Positions 1 through 8,922 are shown, numbered from the stretch's first letter. The stretch: DNA of 64,000 nucleotides from Tepidiformaceae bacterium (GCA_965203115.1 OZ241859.1:817964-881963), one strand, 5' to 3'. A program made the numbers and translations. Notes: generated by a model from the letters alone, not told the origin.

Positions 1-60
1 CAGCCCTGCGTAGTCGCCCCGGAAGTGGTGCGCCAGCCGCCCACCCGCCACCTCGAGGAC
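1..60 (-). repeat. Fragment duplicating the 3' portion of the HAD hydrolase gene (counterpart at 1017-1076)
   Basis: Positions 1-34 match 1017-1050 with a single mismatch (cagccctgcgtagtcgccc[c/t]ggaagtggtgcgcc), and similarity decays by about nt 60. There is no intact ORF. The left extent is cut by the window edge. Confidence 0.6.
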
Positions 61-153
61 AGCATCCGCTTCGGCTAGGCGCGCCCCTCGACCGCGAGCG
101 ACACGGCCATTGGCGCAGGCGGGCCTGCCGGCGGCGGTTCTAGGATTGCGCGC

Positions 154-957
154 ATGGAGCGCATCCGCGGAGCACGACGGCTGGTGTGGGTCGGGGTCGT
201 CCTCGGTGTGGCGGGTGCGGCGGCCGTGGCCGTGGGGATTCTTCTGGCCGTCAGAAGTGGTGGCGGGGAAGCGGTCGCCACTCCGACATCAACGCTCACG
301 ATGGAGACCTGCCTGGCGTACATGGGGTCGGGCGATACCGTGCCCGAAGGCGGTCCCTGCCTGATTGTCGTGTCCGATGGCTCCCCGGACTCGCTCGTCT
401 TGGAGTGGGTGGGTGGCCCCGACAACACCGCCGGGTGGCAGTACCGGAGGACGGTCTGGAACACCGGCGAGTCTCGCCAGGAACCGTGGGGGCCGTGGAC
501 GGACATTCCCGGCAGTCACTCGGCGACCCGCGCCTTCCGCCTGACCGGCCTCAGCAGCGACACCGGGCATCGCTTCGAGGTTCGAGCGGTCACGGGTGGC
601 GGCGAGGGGGTCCCTTCGAACCTCGAGGGTGGCATCACCCACAGGCCCGGCGAGCGTCCCCTCATCTACGCGGGCAGGATCGCCGAGGGCGACGGTCGCA
701 CGGAGTGGCAGCTCGGTGCCTTCATCTTCACGATCCCCGAGGGCATGCGCCTGGTCGGCGGCCTCTCCTGGGCGTCAGGCGGAGATTCGGGTACGTCCGT
801 CCAGGACTTCCAGGGACGGGGCAGCCTGAATTTCGTCCACACGCAGGAAGTCGTGAGACCGCACCTGCGGGAAGACCTGTCGGCGGGCGCCCGGCTCCGT
901 TTCCAGGTGCTGCTGAACGCCCTCATCGCCTCGGTGCGTGTCCTCCCTGACCAGTAG
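154..957 (+). CDS. Membrane-anchored protein with FN3-like domain (hypothetical)
   Basis: 267-aa ORF. It has an N-terminal basic stretch plus a hydrophobic helix (LVWVGVVLGVAGAAAVAVGILLAV), then an FN3-like segment (LVLEWVGGPDNTAGWQYR...HRFEVRAVTGGGEG). Third codon positions are G/C-rich. Confidence 0.6.
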   Translation: MERIRGARRLVWVGVVLGVAGAAAVAVGILLAVRSGGGEAVATPTSTLTMETCLAYMGSGDTVPEGGPCLIVVSDGSPDSLVLEWVGGPDNTAGWQYRRTVWNTGESRQEPWGPWTDIPGSHSATRAFRLTGLSSDTGHRFEVRAVTGGGEGVPSNLEGGITHRPGERPLIYAGRIAEGDGRTEWQLGAFIFTIPEGMRLVGGLSWASGGDSGTSVQDFQGRGSLNFVHTQEVVRPHLREDLSAGARLRFQVLLNALIASVRVLPDQ

Positions 958-975
958 GGACGCCCCCACCCCCGG

Positions 976-1602
976 CTACTCCCAGTCGTACCCCGCCGCC
1001 CGCAGGTCCGCGTGCAGCCCTGCGTAGTCGCCCTGGAAGTGGTGCGCCCGCATCCCCACCCCGCGCGCCGCCTCGACGTTCGCCGCGAGGTCGTCGATGA
1101 AGAAGCATGACGCCTCCGGCAACCCGATCCGCTCCGCCGCGAGGTGGTAGATGGCCGGGTCCGGCTTCGCCAGCCCGACCAGCCCCGAGATCACGCGGTC
1201 CGTCCAGTTCACGTTCACCCCGAACTGCTCCGTGATCCGCGTCTCCAGGTCCGGCGCCGCGTTGCTCAGCAGCCCCACCCGCACGCCCGCCGCCGCCAGC
1301 GCGTTCGCCAGGTCGATGTTCGGCTGGTGGACGCGGATCGGACGTGCATACCACTCCTCGAAGAGCCCCTCGGCGCGCTCACCGCAGTGCTCCGCCAGCG
1401 ACGCGATCGCCGCCGCCCGCCAGATCGAGCGGTCGCTGATGCGCCCCGTCTGCAGGTCCCGCCACGCGTCCGTGCCGTAGAGGGCGCGCCGCAGGGCGCG
1501 CGCCGGCAGGCCGTTCCGCTCGCAGAACGCGTCGTACTCGTCCCAGTCCTGGCGCAGGAGCACGCCGCCGAAGTCGAACAGGACCGCGCGGTCGCCGGAC
1601 AT
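976..1602 (-). CDS. HAD-superfamily hydrolase (subfamily IA-like)
   Basis: 208 aa. It carries N-terminal HAD motif I (VLFDFGGVL) and C-terminal motif FFIDD. Confidence 0.85.
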   Translation of the reverse strand: MSGDRAVLFDFGGVLLRQDWDEYDAFCERNGLPARALRRALYGTDAWRDLQTGRISDRSIWRAAAIASLAEHCGERAEGLFEEWYARPIRVHQPNIDLANALAAAGVRVGLLSNAAPDLETRITEQFGVNVNWTDRVISGLVGLAKPDPAIYHLAAERIGLPEASCFFIDDLAANVEAARGVGMRAHHFQGDYAGLHADLRAAGYDWE

Positions 1603-1612
1603 CGCGGGCTCG

Positions 1613-2542
1613 CTAGCTCGACTGCGCGCGCTGGTAGAAGTTGAGGCCCTCGATCGCCGGCCGGAAGACCGCCGGCATCCGCCGGAACATGTCGTCCACC
1701 GTCCACGGCTCCTTGCCCTGGATCTGCCGGATCATGTCGGGCGTGTTGAACAGCGACACCTGGTACCCCGAGGCCCCGATCACCTGCCCGTTGATCCAGC
1801 CCGACTCCGTGCTCGCCAGGTACACCACCGGCGGCGCCACGTTGTCCGGTGACATCTCCCGCGCGCGGTCCTCCGCCGCGCGCTGCTGGGCCGCGTCGAG
1901 CTGCCGCCGCCGCTCCGGCGGGATCGTGTCGCCCATGCGCGTGGCCGCGCCCGGGCTGATCGCGTTCGCGGTCACGCCGTAGCGGCCGAGCGCGTTCGCG
2001 CACGAGTACGTCAGGCCCACGATGCCGAGCTTCGCCGCCGCGTAGTTCGGCTGCCCCGGCGAACCGGAGAGACCGGACACCGATGTGAAGTTGATCAGCC
2101 GGTAGTCGCCCTTGCGCTCCTGCCGCCAGTAGATGGAGGCGTACTTGGAGGTGTTGAACGTGCCCTTCAGGTGGACCGCGATGACCGCGTCCCACTCGGC
2201 CTCGGTCATGTTGAAGATCATGCGGTCCCGCAGGATGCCGGCGACGTTGCAGAGGATGTCGAGCGACCCGTACTCGTTCAGCGCCGTGCGGATGATCTGT
2301 TCCGAGGCGTCGTAGTCCGAGACGTCGTCGAAGTTGGCGACGGCCGTGCCGCCCGCGGCCTCGATCTCGCGCACCACCTCGCGCGCGGGCGCGTCGTCCG
2401 CGCCCTCGCCGTCGACGCTGCCGCCGAGGTCGTTCACGACCACGGCCGCGCCTTCCGCCGCCATCAGCTTCGCGATCGAGGCGCCGATGCCCCGCCCCGC
2501 GCCCGTCACGATCGCCACGCGATCCTTCAGTCGATCCGCCAT
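1613..2542 (-). CDS. SDR-family NAD(P)-dependent oxidoreductase
   Basis: 309 aa. It has the Rossmann motif VTGAGRGIG and a catalytic YAAAK (YxxxK). Confidence 0.9.
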   Translation of the reverse strand: MADRLKDRVAIVTGAGRGIGASIAKLMAAEGAAVVVNDLGGSVDGEGADDAPAREVVREIEAAGGTAVANFDDVSDYDASEQIIRTALNEYGSLDILCNVAGILRDRMIFNMTEAEWDAVIAVHLKGTFNTSKYASIYWRQERKGDYRLINFTSVSGLSGSPGQPNYAAAKLGIVGLTYSCANALGRYGVTANAISPGAATRMGDTIPPERRRQLDAAQQRAAEDRAREMSPDNVAPPVVYLASTESGWINGQVIGASGYQVSLFNTPDMIRQIQGKEPWTVDDMFRRMPAVFRPAIEGLNFYQRAQSS

Positions 2543-2677
2543 GTGGGTGCTCCTCTGCCCTGCTGGTTCTGGTCTCGCGGGCGCTCGCGGCCCGTGTATT
2601 CACAAAGCCGCCCCATTCTGCCACCCGCCCCCGAAGGCGCGAGCGCGCCCCGCCCGCCGCCCCTCCCGCGTGGCAGA

Positions 2678-3349
2678 ATGGCGCTCCCCATGACCGATAT
2701 GGACGCCCCCGACGACAAGCACCGCCCCTACGACCGCGACAGCGTCGACCACGTCCTCACCACGACCCGCTCCGTGCGACGCCGCCTCGACTTCGACCGC
2801 CCCGTCGAGCCCGAGGTCATCGAGGAGTGCATCGGCATCGCCATCCAGGCCGCGCCCGGCGGCGGCCAGGCCCGTCCCTGGCACTTCATGGTCGTGACCG
2901 ACGAGGCCAAGCGCGACGCCATCGGCGGGCTCTACCGAGAGGGCTTCTACCAGTTCGCCGGCGCCCGCCCCATGCGCCCCGTCATCGCCTACCTCGCCGA
3001 CAACATCCACCGCTGCCCCGTCCTCATCATCCCCTGCATCGAAGGGCGCGCCGAGAACGACGGGCAGGGCGCCCAGGCGAGCCTCTACGGCCAGATCCTG
3101 CCCGCCGCCTGGTCGCTCCAGATGGCGCTCCGCACGCGCGGCCTGGGCACCGCCTGGACCGGCATCCACCTCCGCTACGCCGAGGAGGTCGCCAACCTCC
3201 TCGCCATCCCCGACACCGTCAGCCAGGCGACCCTCTTCCCCGTCGCCTACTTCACCGGCGACGACAACTTCAAGCCCGTCGAGCGCCCGCCCCTCTCCGA
3301 GGTCATCCACTGGGACGCCTGGGGCTCCCGCGACAAGCCCATCGCCTGA
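2678..3349 (+). CDS. Nitroreductase-family protein
   Basis: In-frame ATG at 2678 inside track ORF 2171..3349; the upstream part of that ORF is antisense to the SDR gene. The sequence is nitroreductase-like (TTRSVRRRLDFDRPV, PWHFMVVTD). Confidence 0.85.
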   Translation: MALPMTDMDAPDDKHRPYDRDSVDHVLTTTRSVRRRLDFDRPVEPEVIEECIGIAIQAAPGGGQARPWHFMVVTDEAKRDAIGGLYREGFYQFAGARPMRPVIAYLADNIHRCPVLIIPCIEGRAENDGQGAQASLYGQILPAAWSLQMALRTRGLGTAWTGIHLRYAEEVANLLAIPDTVSQATLFPVAYFTGDDNFKPVERPPLSEVIHWDAWGSRDKPIA

Positions 3350-3358
3350 CGCCGCCGG

Positions 3359-3691
3359 TCAGACGTGGTCGCTCAATGCATCGGCGCCCCACTGGTTGAG
3401 GCTCTTCCCTTCCGCCGCCGCCGCGACGGACACGCTCGCGTGGAGCTCCGGCTCGAGCCGCACGTTGAACCGTCCCGAGTAGCGGCGCCGGGGCTCGGCG
3501 CCGTCCTCCGCACACATCTCAAGGAACACCCTGAGCGAAGCCGCCCCCTCTGTCCTGAGCCCGGAAACGTCCCGGGCATAGAAGTCGGCGCCGCCGTTCA
3601 GGTCCAGAAACTCTCCGCGGAACATGTCGATCTCCGGGTCGAACTGAATCACGGCGTGATAGCCGTCAATCTCCATGATGTTGGTCTTCAT
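3359..3691 (-). CDS. hicB: HicB-family antitoxin-like protein (no adjacent HicA)
   Basis: 110 aa. The N-terminal part is HicB-like (GYHAVIQFDPEIDMFRGEF) and the C-terminal part is RHH-like (SGRFNVRLEPELHASVSVAAAAEGKSLNQW). Confidence 0.8.
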   Translation of the reverse strand: MKTNIMEIDGYHAVIQFDPEIDMFRGEFLDLNGGADFYARDVSGLRTEGAASLRVFLEMCAEDGAEPRRRYSGRFNVRLEPELHASVSVAAAAEGKSLNQWGADALSDHV

Positions 3692-3769
3692 GGTTCTACT
3701 CCGTTCCGCTTCAACCAGTTGCGAGTCGTCGTCAGGCTATCTTTCGCCACGAGCATGGCCTGCCTCGAG

Positions 3770-4405
3770 CTACCCGCCCGCCACGTCGAACACGAACCGC
3801 GCCGCCTCCCCGGCTGCCTCCGCCAGGTTCTCCGCCTCCGTCCGCCCCGAGGCCTTGCGCGGCTTGAGCCCGTGGTCGCCGTCGGGCAGCCAGTGCACCC
3901 GGACCCGCTCCGAGAGCGCGTACCCCGCCACCTCCTCCCGCCGCCCGAACGGGTCGCGCTCGCCCTGCAGGATGAGCACCGGCGTGCCGATCGCCTCGAG
4001 GTGCGCCGTGCGCAGCCGGTCGGGCTTTCCCGGCGGGTGGAACGGGTACCCGAGGCAGACTACCCCCGCGACGCCCGCCTCCTCCGCCACCATGCTCGCG
4101 ATGCGCCCGCCCATCGACTTCCCGCCGATGACCAGCCCCTCCGCCCCGAGGTCGTCGATGACCTCGCGCCAGCTGGCCTCCAGCACGCGCCCCGGGTTCG
4201 GCCCCGGACGCTTCCCCGTCGTCCGCCGCGCGGCCATGTAGGGGAACTCGAAGCGCACGGTGCGCACCCCCTCTCCCGCGAGCAGTCCCGCCACGCGCTC
4301 CATCCAGGGGTGGTCCATGGGCGCCCCCGCCCCGTGCGCCAGCACGAGCGTGGGCGCATCCTCCGGCCCGTCGATCAGGTAGCGGCCGCTCGTCTCCGCC
4401 GCCAT
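3770..4405 (-). CDS. Alpha/beta hydrolase (KANL3/Tex30-like)
   Basis: Track ORF 3770..4486 trimmed to the ATG at 4405 (MAAETSG...) to avoid overlap with the upstream gene. It contains LVLAHGAGAPMDHPWM and the nucleophile elbow GGKSMGG. Confidence 0.8.
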   Translation of the reverse strand: MAAETSGRYLIDGPEDAPTLVLAHGAGAPMDHPWMERVAGLLAGEGVRTVRFEFPYMAARRTTGKRPGPNPGRVLEASWREVIDDLGAEGLVIGGKSMGGRIASMVAEEAGVAGVVCLGYPFHPPGKPDRLRTAHLEAIGTPVLILQGERDPFGRREEVAGYALSERVRVHWLPDGDHGLKPRKASGRTEAENLAEAAGEAARFVFDVAGG

Positions 4406-4418
4406 CGAACGCCTGCTC

Positions 4419-4871
4419 CTACTCCACCACCCGCCACTGCACGAGCGTGTACGCTTCGTCGCCCTCGCCCTTGTCCTCGAACGCAACCTCCACCTCCGCC
4501 CCGATCACGACGTCCTGCGTCCGGTCCCCGAGCAGGTTGCCGGCCATGCGCACGTTCCCCGCGTCCGGCAACTCGACCAGCACGACGATGTAGGGGGTCG
4601 CCTCTTGCAGCGCCGGGTGGACCGGGTGCCAGACCCGCTCCCAGCTGTAGATGAGCCCGCGACCCGAGACCTTCGTATACCCCAGGTCGTACGAGTGACA
4701 CTGGTAGCAGATCCACTCCGGCCCCCACTGGAAGCCGTCGCAGGCGCGGCACTGCTGCACCACCAACTCGTGGCGCTCGGCCGCCTTCCAGAACTCCGCC
4801 CCCAGCCCGTCGTTCGCCGGGGCCGGACGGGGCAGGCCCTCCGGCAGGTAGGCGCCCGTCTCGGCGCTCAC
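4419..4871 (-). CDS. Zn-ribbon/OB-fold protein (DUF35 family)
   Basis: 150 aa. It has a CxxC...CxxC ribbon (CRACDGFQWGPEWICYQC) followed by an OB-fold-like C-terminus. This family typically partners thiolase-like proteins. Confidence 0.85.
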   Translation of the reverse strand: MSAETGAYLPEGLPRPAPANDGLGAEFWKAAERHELVVQQCRACDGFQWGPEWICYQCHSYDLGYTKVSGRGLIYSWERVWHPVHPALQEATPYIVVLVELPDAGNVRMAGNLLGDRTQDVVIGAEVEVAFEDKGEGDEAYTLVQWRVVE

Positions 4872-6058
4872 GCGTCCACGCCCCGGTCCGCCGCCAGGAT
4901 CAGGTCGCTCACCGGCTGCACCATCGGCCCCGACGTCACCATCGAGACGTTCGCGTCCGGTACCTGGCAGGTCGAGTCGCCCCGCACCTGCCGCACCGCC
5001 TCGTGCACCAGCTCAAGGCCGTGCATGTAGCACTCGGCCAGGTTGCCGCCGCTCGTGTTGAGCGGCAGCTTCCCGTCGGGCGCGGAGAAGTTCTCCAGCG
5101 TGAAGAAGTCGTTCACCTCGTCCGGCTCGCAGAAGCCGTGCTCGACGATGCTCATGAGCACGCCGCCGGTGAAGTTCTCGTAGCTCTGGAGCACGTCCAC
5201 GTCCTCCGGACCGAGGCCCGCCATCGCGTACAGCCGCGGCGCCAGCGTCTTGAAGTTCGAGGTCGCGTAGTCCGGCGAGTTGTGCGCCGTCGCCGCCTGC
5301 CGGTAGTCCGACCCCTGGGCCGCGCTCAGCACCCACGCCGGCTGCTGTTTCATGTCCTTCGCGCGCTCCGCGCTCGTCACGATCAGGGCCGCCGCCCCGT
5401 CGTTCTCCTGGCAGCAGTCGAACAGGTGGAAGGGCTCCACGATCATGCGCGAGTTGTCGTACATCTCCTCCGTCAGCTCGCGCCCGTACATCACCGCCCG
5501 CGGGTTCGACTGCGCGTGCCGGTAGGTGGCCATCGAGATCGCCCGCAGCGCGCTCTGCTCCGCGCCGTGCTCGTGCATGAAGCGGCGGATGCGCATCGCG
5601 AACGACTGCGCCGGCGAGAGCAGCCCGTAGGGCGCCGTGAAGGCCCCCGGACCCGGCGCCGTCGGCGTCTGCGGGCCCTGGCCGAAGCGCCCGAACTGGC
5701 CCTGCGCCAGCCCCCGGTACACGACCACGTACTTCGAGTACCCCGCCACGACCGCCGCCACCGCGTTCGCGACCGCTCCGGAGCCGCCGCCACCGCCGCC
5801 GCCCCAGACCATGTTGTTGAAGGTCAGGTCCGGGCTGCCGAGCGCGGTCATCAGCCGGGACGGGTCGTTCCGGTCGTCCGCGTAGGACGCGAACCCGTCG
5901 ATCTCGCGCACGTCGATGCCCGCGTCCTCGGCGGCCAGCTGGACGGCGTCGAGCACCAGCTTGACCTCGGGATCGGGCGACTGCCCCCGCTTGTAGTAGG
6001 TGGTCTCGCCGATGCCCACGATGGCGGTCTTGCCGCGCATGGTGGCGTCCTCCGTCAT
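4868..6058 (-). CDS. Thiolase-like / lipid-transfer (SCP-x type) protein
   Basis: 396 aa with a thiolase-fold sequence. Its stop overlaps the GTG start of the DUF35 gene (GTGA at 4868-4871), suggesting translational coupling. Confidence 0.85.
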   Translation of the reverse strand: MTEDATMRGKTAIVGIGETTYYKRGQSPDPEVKLVLDAVQLAAEDAGIDVREIDGFASYADDRNDPSRLMTALGSPDLTFNNMVWGGGGGGGSGAVANAVAAVVAGYSKYVVVYRGLAQGQFGRFGQGPQTPTAPGPGAFTAPYGLLSPAQSFAMRIRRFMHEHGAEQSALRAISMATYRHAQSNPRAVMYGRELTEEMYDNSRMIVEPFHLFDCCQENDGAAALIVTSAERAKDMKQQPAWVLSAAQGSDYRQAATAHNSPDYATSNFKTLAPRLYAMAGLGPEDVDVLQSYENFTGGVLMSIVEHGFCEPDEVNDFFTLENFSAPDGKLPLNTSGGNLAECYMHGLELVHEAVRQVRGDSTCQVPDANVSMVTSGPMVQPVSDLILAADRGVDA

Positions 6059-6163
6059 GCTCGCCTCCGGCGCTTCAGGCTACGCCCGAATCGTACACGC
6101 CACCCCCGTACGGGGGCCTTGTATCCTCACGCGAGCGGGGGTAACACCGGAAGGGGAGGAGCG

Positions 6164-6493
6164 ATGACGGTGATGGAGCACCGGGGCTACCGCGGGGTGG
6201 TCTCGTTCGACGACGAGGCCGGCGTCCTCTTTGGCGAGGTGATCGGCACGCGTGACATGATCACCTTCGAGGGCGAGTCCGTTGCGGAGGTCCAGGTCGC
6301 CTTCCGCGAATCCGTCGACGGATATCTGGAATTCTGCGAGGAGCGAGGCCGCGAGCCGGACAAGCCCTTCTCCGGCAAGATCCCGCTTCGCATCTCGCCG
6401 GACCTCCACCGCGCCGCAACCGAAGCCGCCTGGGCCCGCGGCAAGAGCCTCAACGCCTGGCTCGCCGAGACCGTGGCCGAAGCCGTGCGCTGA
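6164..6493 (+). CDS. hicB: HicB-family antitoxin-like protein (no adjacent HicA)
   Basis: ATG at 6164 is preceded by the RBS aaggggagga. The sequence MTVMEHRGYRGVVSFDDEAGVLFGEV...SGKIPLRISPDLHRAATEAAWARGKSLNAW is a paralog of 3359..3691. Confidence 0.8.
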   Translation: MTVMEHRGYRGVVSFDDEAGVLFGEVIGTRDMITFEGESVAEVQVAFRESVDGYLEFCEERGREPDKPFSGKIPLRISPDLHRAATEAAWARGKSLNAWLAETVAEAVR

Positions 6494-6700
6494 CCCGTGC
6501 CAGCGCCCCCTTCCCCTCCCCTCCCCCGCGCGCTTCACTCCACGCCGTGCCTGCCGTCCGGCCTGGACTACGGTGACGAGTCGTATGCACTGACGGGCCA
6601 ACCGGGGGTCCGCAGAACCCCCAGCCCCTTACCCCCTGCTACCCTCCGGCCATGCCCGGATCCGGCGCCCTTGGGGTGGCTCGTGTCCGGAGGTGACGCC

Positions 6701-7078
6701 ATGGACCGCTACGTCGACCCCACCGAGCAACTCGTCACCGAGATTTTCGTGCGGGACATCGCGAAGTCGACGGCGTTCTACCGCCGCCTGGGCTTCGAAC
6801 TGGTCAGGGACGACGGTGACTTCGTCGAGCTCGCATGGGAGGGTCACCGCCTCTTCCTCGATGAGCGGGCCGAACTCGGGCCGGTACCCGACACCGTGCA
6901 GGCCAATGTTCGCGTGATGGTTCCCGATGTCGACCGGTACTGGGTGCTGGCGGCGGAGATGGGCGCGCGCGTCCTCGCTCCGATCGCGGACAAGTCCTAC
7001 GGGTTGCGCGACTTCGCCATCGCCGACCCCGACGGCTTCGCCGTGCGCTTCGCCACCCCACTTGAAGACCGGGGATGA
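6701..7078 (+). CDS. VOC-family (glyoxalase/bleomycin-resistance fold) protein
   Basis: In-frame ATG at 6701 within ORF 6497..7078. The sequence is VOC-like (FYRRLGFELVRDDGDFVELAWEG...GLRDFAIADPDGFAVRF). Confidence 0.8.
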   Translation: MDRYVDPTEQLVTEIFVRDIAKSTAFYRRLGFELVRDDGDFVELAWEGHRLFLDERAELGPVPDTVQANVRVMVPDVDRYWVLAAEMGARVLAPIADKSYGLRDFAIADPDGFAVRFATPLEDRG

Positions 7079-7087
7079 GGCTGGCCC

Positions 7088-7483
7088 CTACGCCGCCGGA
7101 ATCTCCTTCGACCACATCCATGCGGGAAGCCAGCGCGAGAACAGCCGCACCGCTTCCTCGTCGCGCCGGCTCGGCGAGAGCATGTACTTCGCCTTCCCCT
7201 TGCCCGAGCGCGAGTACGCGAACGTGCCGTTGGCCGTCTTCCCGATCGCGATGAACCCGTTCGCGTTGTTCGAGCTGATGGCGATGAGCCCGTTCGAGTT
7301 CACGCTCGAGAACGCGATGACGCCCGTCGCGTTGATGGTGGCGAAGGCCACCAGGCCGATCGCGTTGACGCTGCAGATGGCGACAACGCCGACCGCGTTC
7401 ACCGCGCTGACGGCAATGACCCCGATAGCGTTGACCGCGCTGATCGCGACCAGCGCAATGGCGTTGTTGGTGTCGAAGACCAT
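7088..7483 (-). CDS. Hypothetical protein built from seven 11-residue (33-nt) repeats, consensus N-A-x-G-h-h-A-h-S-x-h
   Basis: 131-aa ORF. Minus-strand codons are almost all G/C-ending, unlike the antisense ORF 6927..7511. The 11-mers run NAIALVAISAV/NAIGVIAVSAV/NAVGVVAICSV/NAIGLVAFATI/NATGVIAFSSV/NSNGLIAISSN/NANGFIAIGKT, followed by a basic/aromatic tail. Confidence 0.6.
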   Translation of the reverse strand: MVFDTNNAIALVAISAVNAIGVIAVSAVNAVGVVAICSVNAIGLVAFATINATGVIAFSSVNSNGLIAISSNNANGFIAIGKTANGTFAYSRSGKGKAKYMLSPSRRDEEAVRLFSRWLPAWMWSKEIPAA

Positions 7484-7526
7484 GTGTTCCCTGCTCTCTC
7501 TGAAGCCGTGAGCCTACAGAACGCCC

Positions 7527-8192
7527 CTAGGTCGCGACCACCCGGTAGCGCGTCGCGTCCAGCGATTCCATCACGTCCGCGATGCCCGCCGGCATCCGCT
7601 CGACGCCTTCCGTGCCACGGGGCGCGCCGTAGCGCTCCTCCAGCGAGGCCACCCGCGCGTCGAGCACATCCTGGTCCCGCCACTGCTCGAACCAGCAGAT
7701 CATGCCCGGCACATCCTCCCGTTCGTGCGCGATGTGCGTGACGTTGCCGGGGAACTCCTGGCCGGTCCGGCTCAAGTCAACGGCGAGGTCCCGCAGGTCC
7801 CTCTCCCGGCCCGGCTTCGCCCGCGCGATCGCCCACCCCGTGATCGACGCCTCGTACCAGTCCCGGTCGGGGTTCACGTGGTTGCGGAGCAGGTCGTACC
7901 CGAGCTGCTCCCGACGCTGGATCGACGTGTACAGCCGCGACCCCTCGGGCCCCTCCGGCCCGCCCGCCAGCATCGGCCGGATGCGCTCCACGTGACGCTC
8001 CAGCAGCGGCATCGTCGCCCACTGCTCGTACCAGAGGAAGTCGCGCGGGTCGTCCAGGTTCTGCAGGCAGATGTAGATGTCGCAGCCCTCGTCCAGCCGG
8101 TTCGAGGTCTCCGTCAGCTCGTTCGCGATCGCGATGAAGCTGTTCTCCCGCCCCGGACGCGCCGTCAGTCCCACCGTCCACGTGATCACCAC
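7527..8192 (-). CDS. Tandem ABM (antibiotic biosynthesis monooxygenase-like, ferredoxin-fold) domain protein
   Basis: 221 aa with two Dabb/ABM-like halves: ARPGRENSF...DPRDFLWYEQWATMPLLERH and AKPGRERDL...VPGMICWFEQWRDQDVLDARV. Confidence 0.6.
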   Translation of the reverse strand: MVITWTVGLTARPGRENSFIAIANELTETSNRLDEGCDIYICLQNLDDPRDFLWYEQWATMPLLERHVERIRPMLAGGPEGPEGSRLYTSIQRREQLGYDLLRNHVNPDRDWYEASITGWAIARAKPGRERDLRDLAVDLSRTGQEFPGNVTHIAHEREDVPGMICWFEQWRDQDVLDARVASLEERYGAPRGTEGVERMPAGIADVMESLDATRYRVVAT

Positions 8193-8193
8193 G

Positions 8194-8697
8194 CTACTCC
8201 TCCGGTCCCTCGAACGCGCCCGCCAGCGCCCCCGGGAAGTCCTGCCCCGGCCCCCGCCGCGTCGCCACCTCCCCGATGTGGTAGTAGGCGTGCGCGATCG
8301 TGCGGAACACCAGGTAGCGCAGCGTCGTCGCCGGGAACGGACCCCAGGCGGGCACGACCGTCTCGGCCAGGTCCGCGTCGCTCATGTCCCCGAAAAACGC
8401 CTCCGCTTCCGCCCGCACCTCCCGCGCCGCCGCCGCGATCCCCTCCCAGTCCCCACACTCCCCGCTGAACTCGTACTCGGCGTGCTCGCGAGCGAAGGTC
8501 GGGTGCATCGCCCCACCCCGCATCACCTCGTTCACGTAGAAGTCGAACCCGCCGATCAGGTGCCGCAACGTCCACCCGAACGCGCTCGCGCCATCCGGCC
8601 GCGCCGTCGCCTCCTCCGCCGTCATGTCCGCGTAGGCGCGGTCGAGGTCGTCCCATGCATCGAACAGCAGCGGCACGAGGGTCCGGTCGCCGGGCAT
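8194..8697 (-). CDS. DinB-family protein
   Basis: 167 aa. It has a DinB-like four-helix pattern with His motifs (TLRHLIGG..., HAYYHIGE). It ends 1 nt before the next gene's start, so it looks operonic with 7527..8192. Confidence 0.8.
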   Translation of the reverse strand: MPGDRTLVPLLFDAWDDLDRAYADMTAEEATARPDGASAFGWTLRHLIGGFDFYVNEVMRGGAMHPTFAREHAEYEFSGECGDWEGIAAAAREVRAEAEAFFGDMSDADLAETVVPAWGPFPATTLRYLVFRTIAHAYYHIGEVATRRGPGQDFPGALAGAFEGPEE

Positions 8698-8922
8698 CGC
8701 AGCCTCCCCGCGAGGGTGTTGGGAGTCTACGGCTTGCGGCAGGGCCTTGTGGGATGGCTATGCTTGGTATGTGAGTAAGGCAGGAAACACCGAAGCGGAA
8801 GAAGAACTGACCGACAAGGAGAAGCGCCGCAAGAGGGTGGTACTCCAGATGCTTGCCGATCGAGACAAGCGCCAACCCATGTCACGCGAGGAGTTCAAGA
8901 GACTGCGAGACGAAGGCCGGCC

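Noticed and set aside
6927-7511. Plus-strand 194-aa ORF antisense to the hendecad-repeat gene
   Set aside because: It mirrors the same 33-nt periodicity, but its third codon positions are not G/C-enriched. The minus-strand frame is almost entirely G/C-ending.
7088-8697. Multi-core RiPP precursor interpretation of the 11-mer repeat protein with ABM/DinB as tailoring enzymes
   Set aside because: No recognisable RiPP maturase, protease or exporter is adjacent, and the repeats lack flanking cleavage motifs. It is kept only as a remote possibility.
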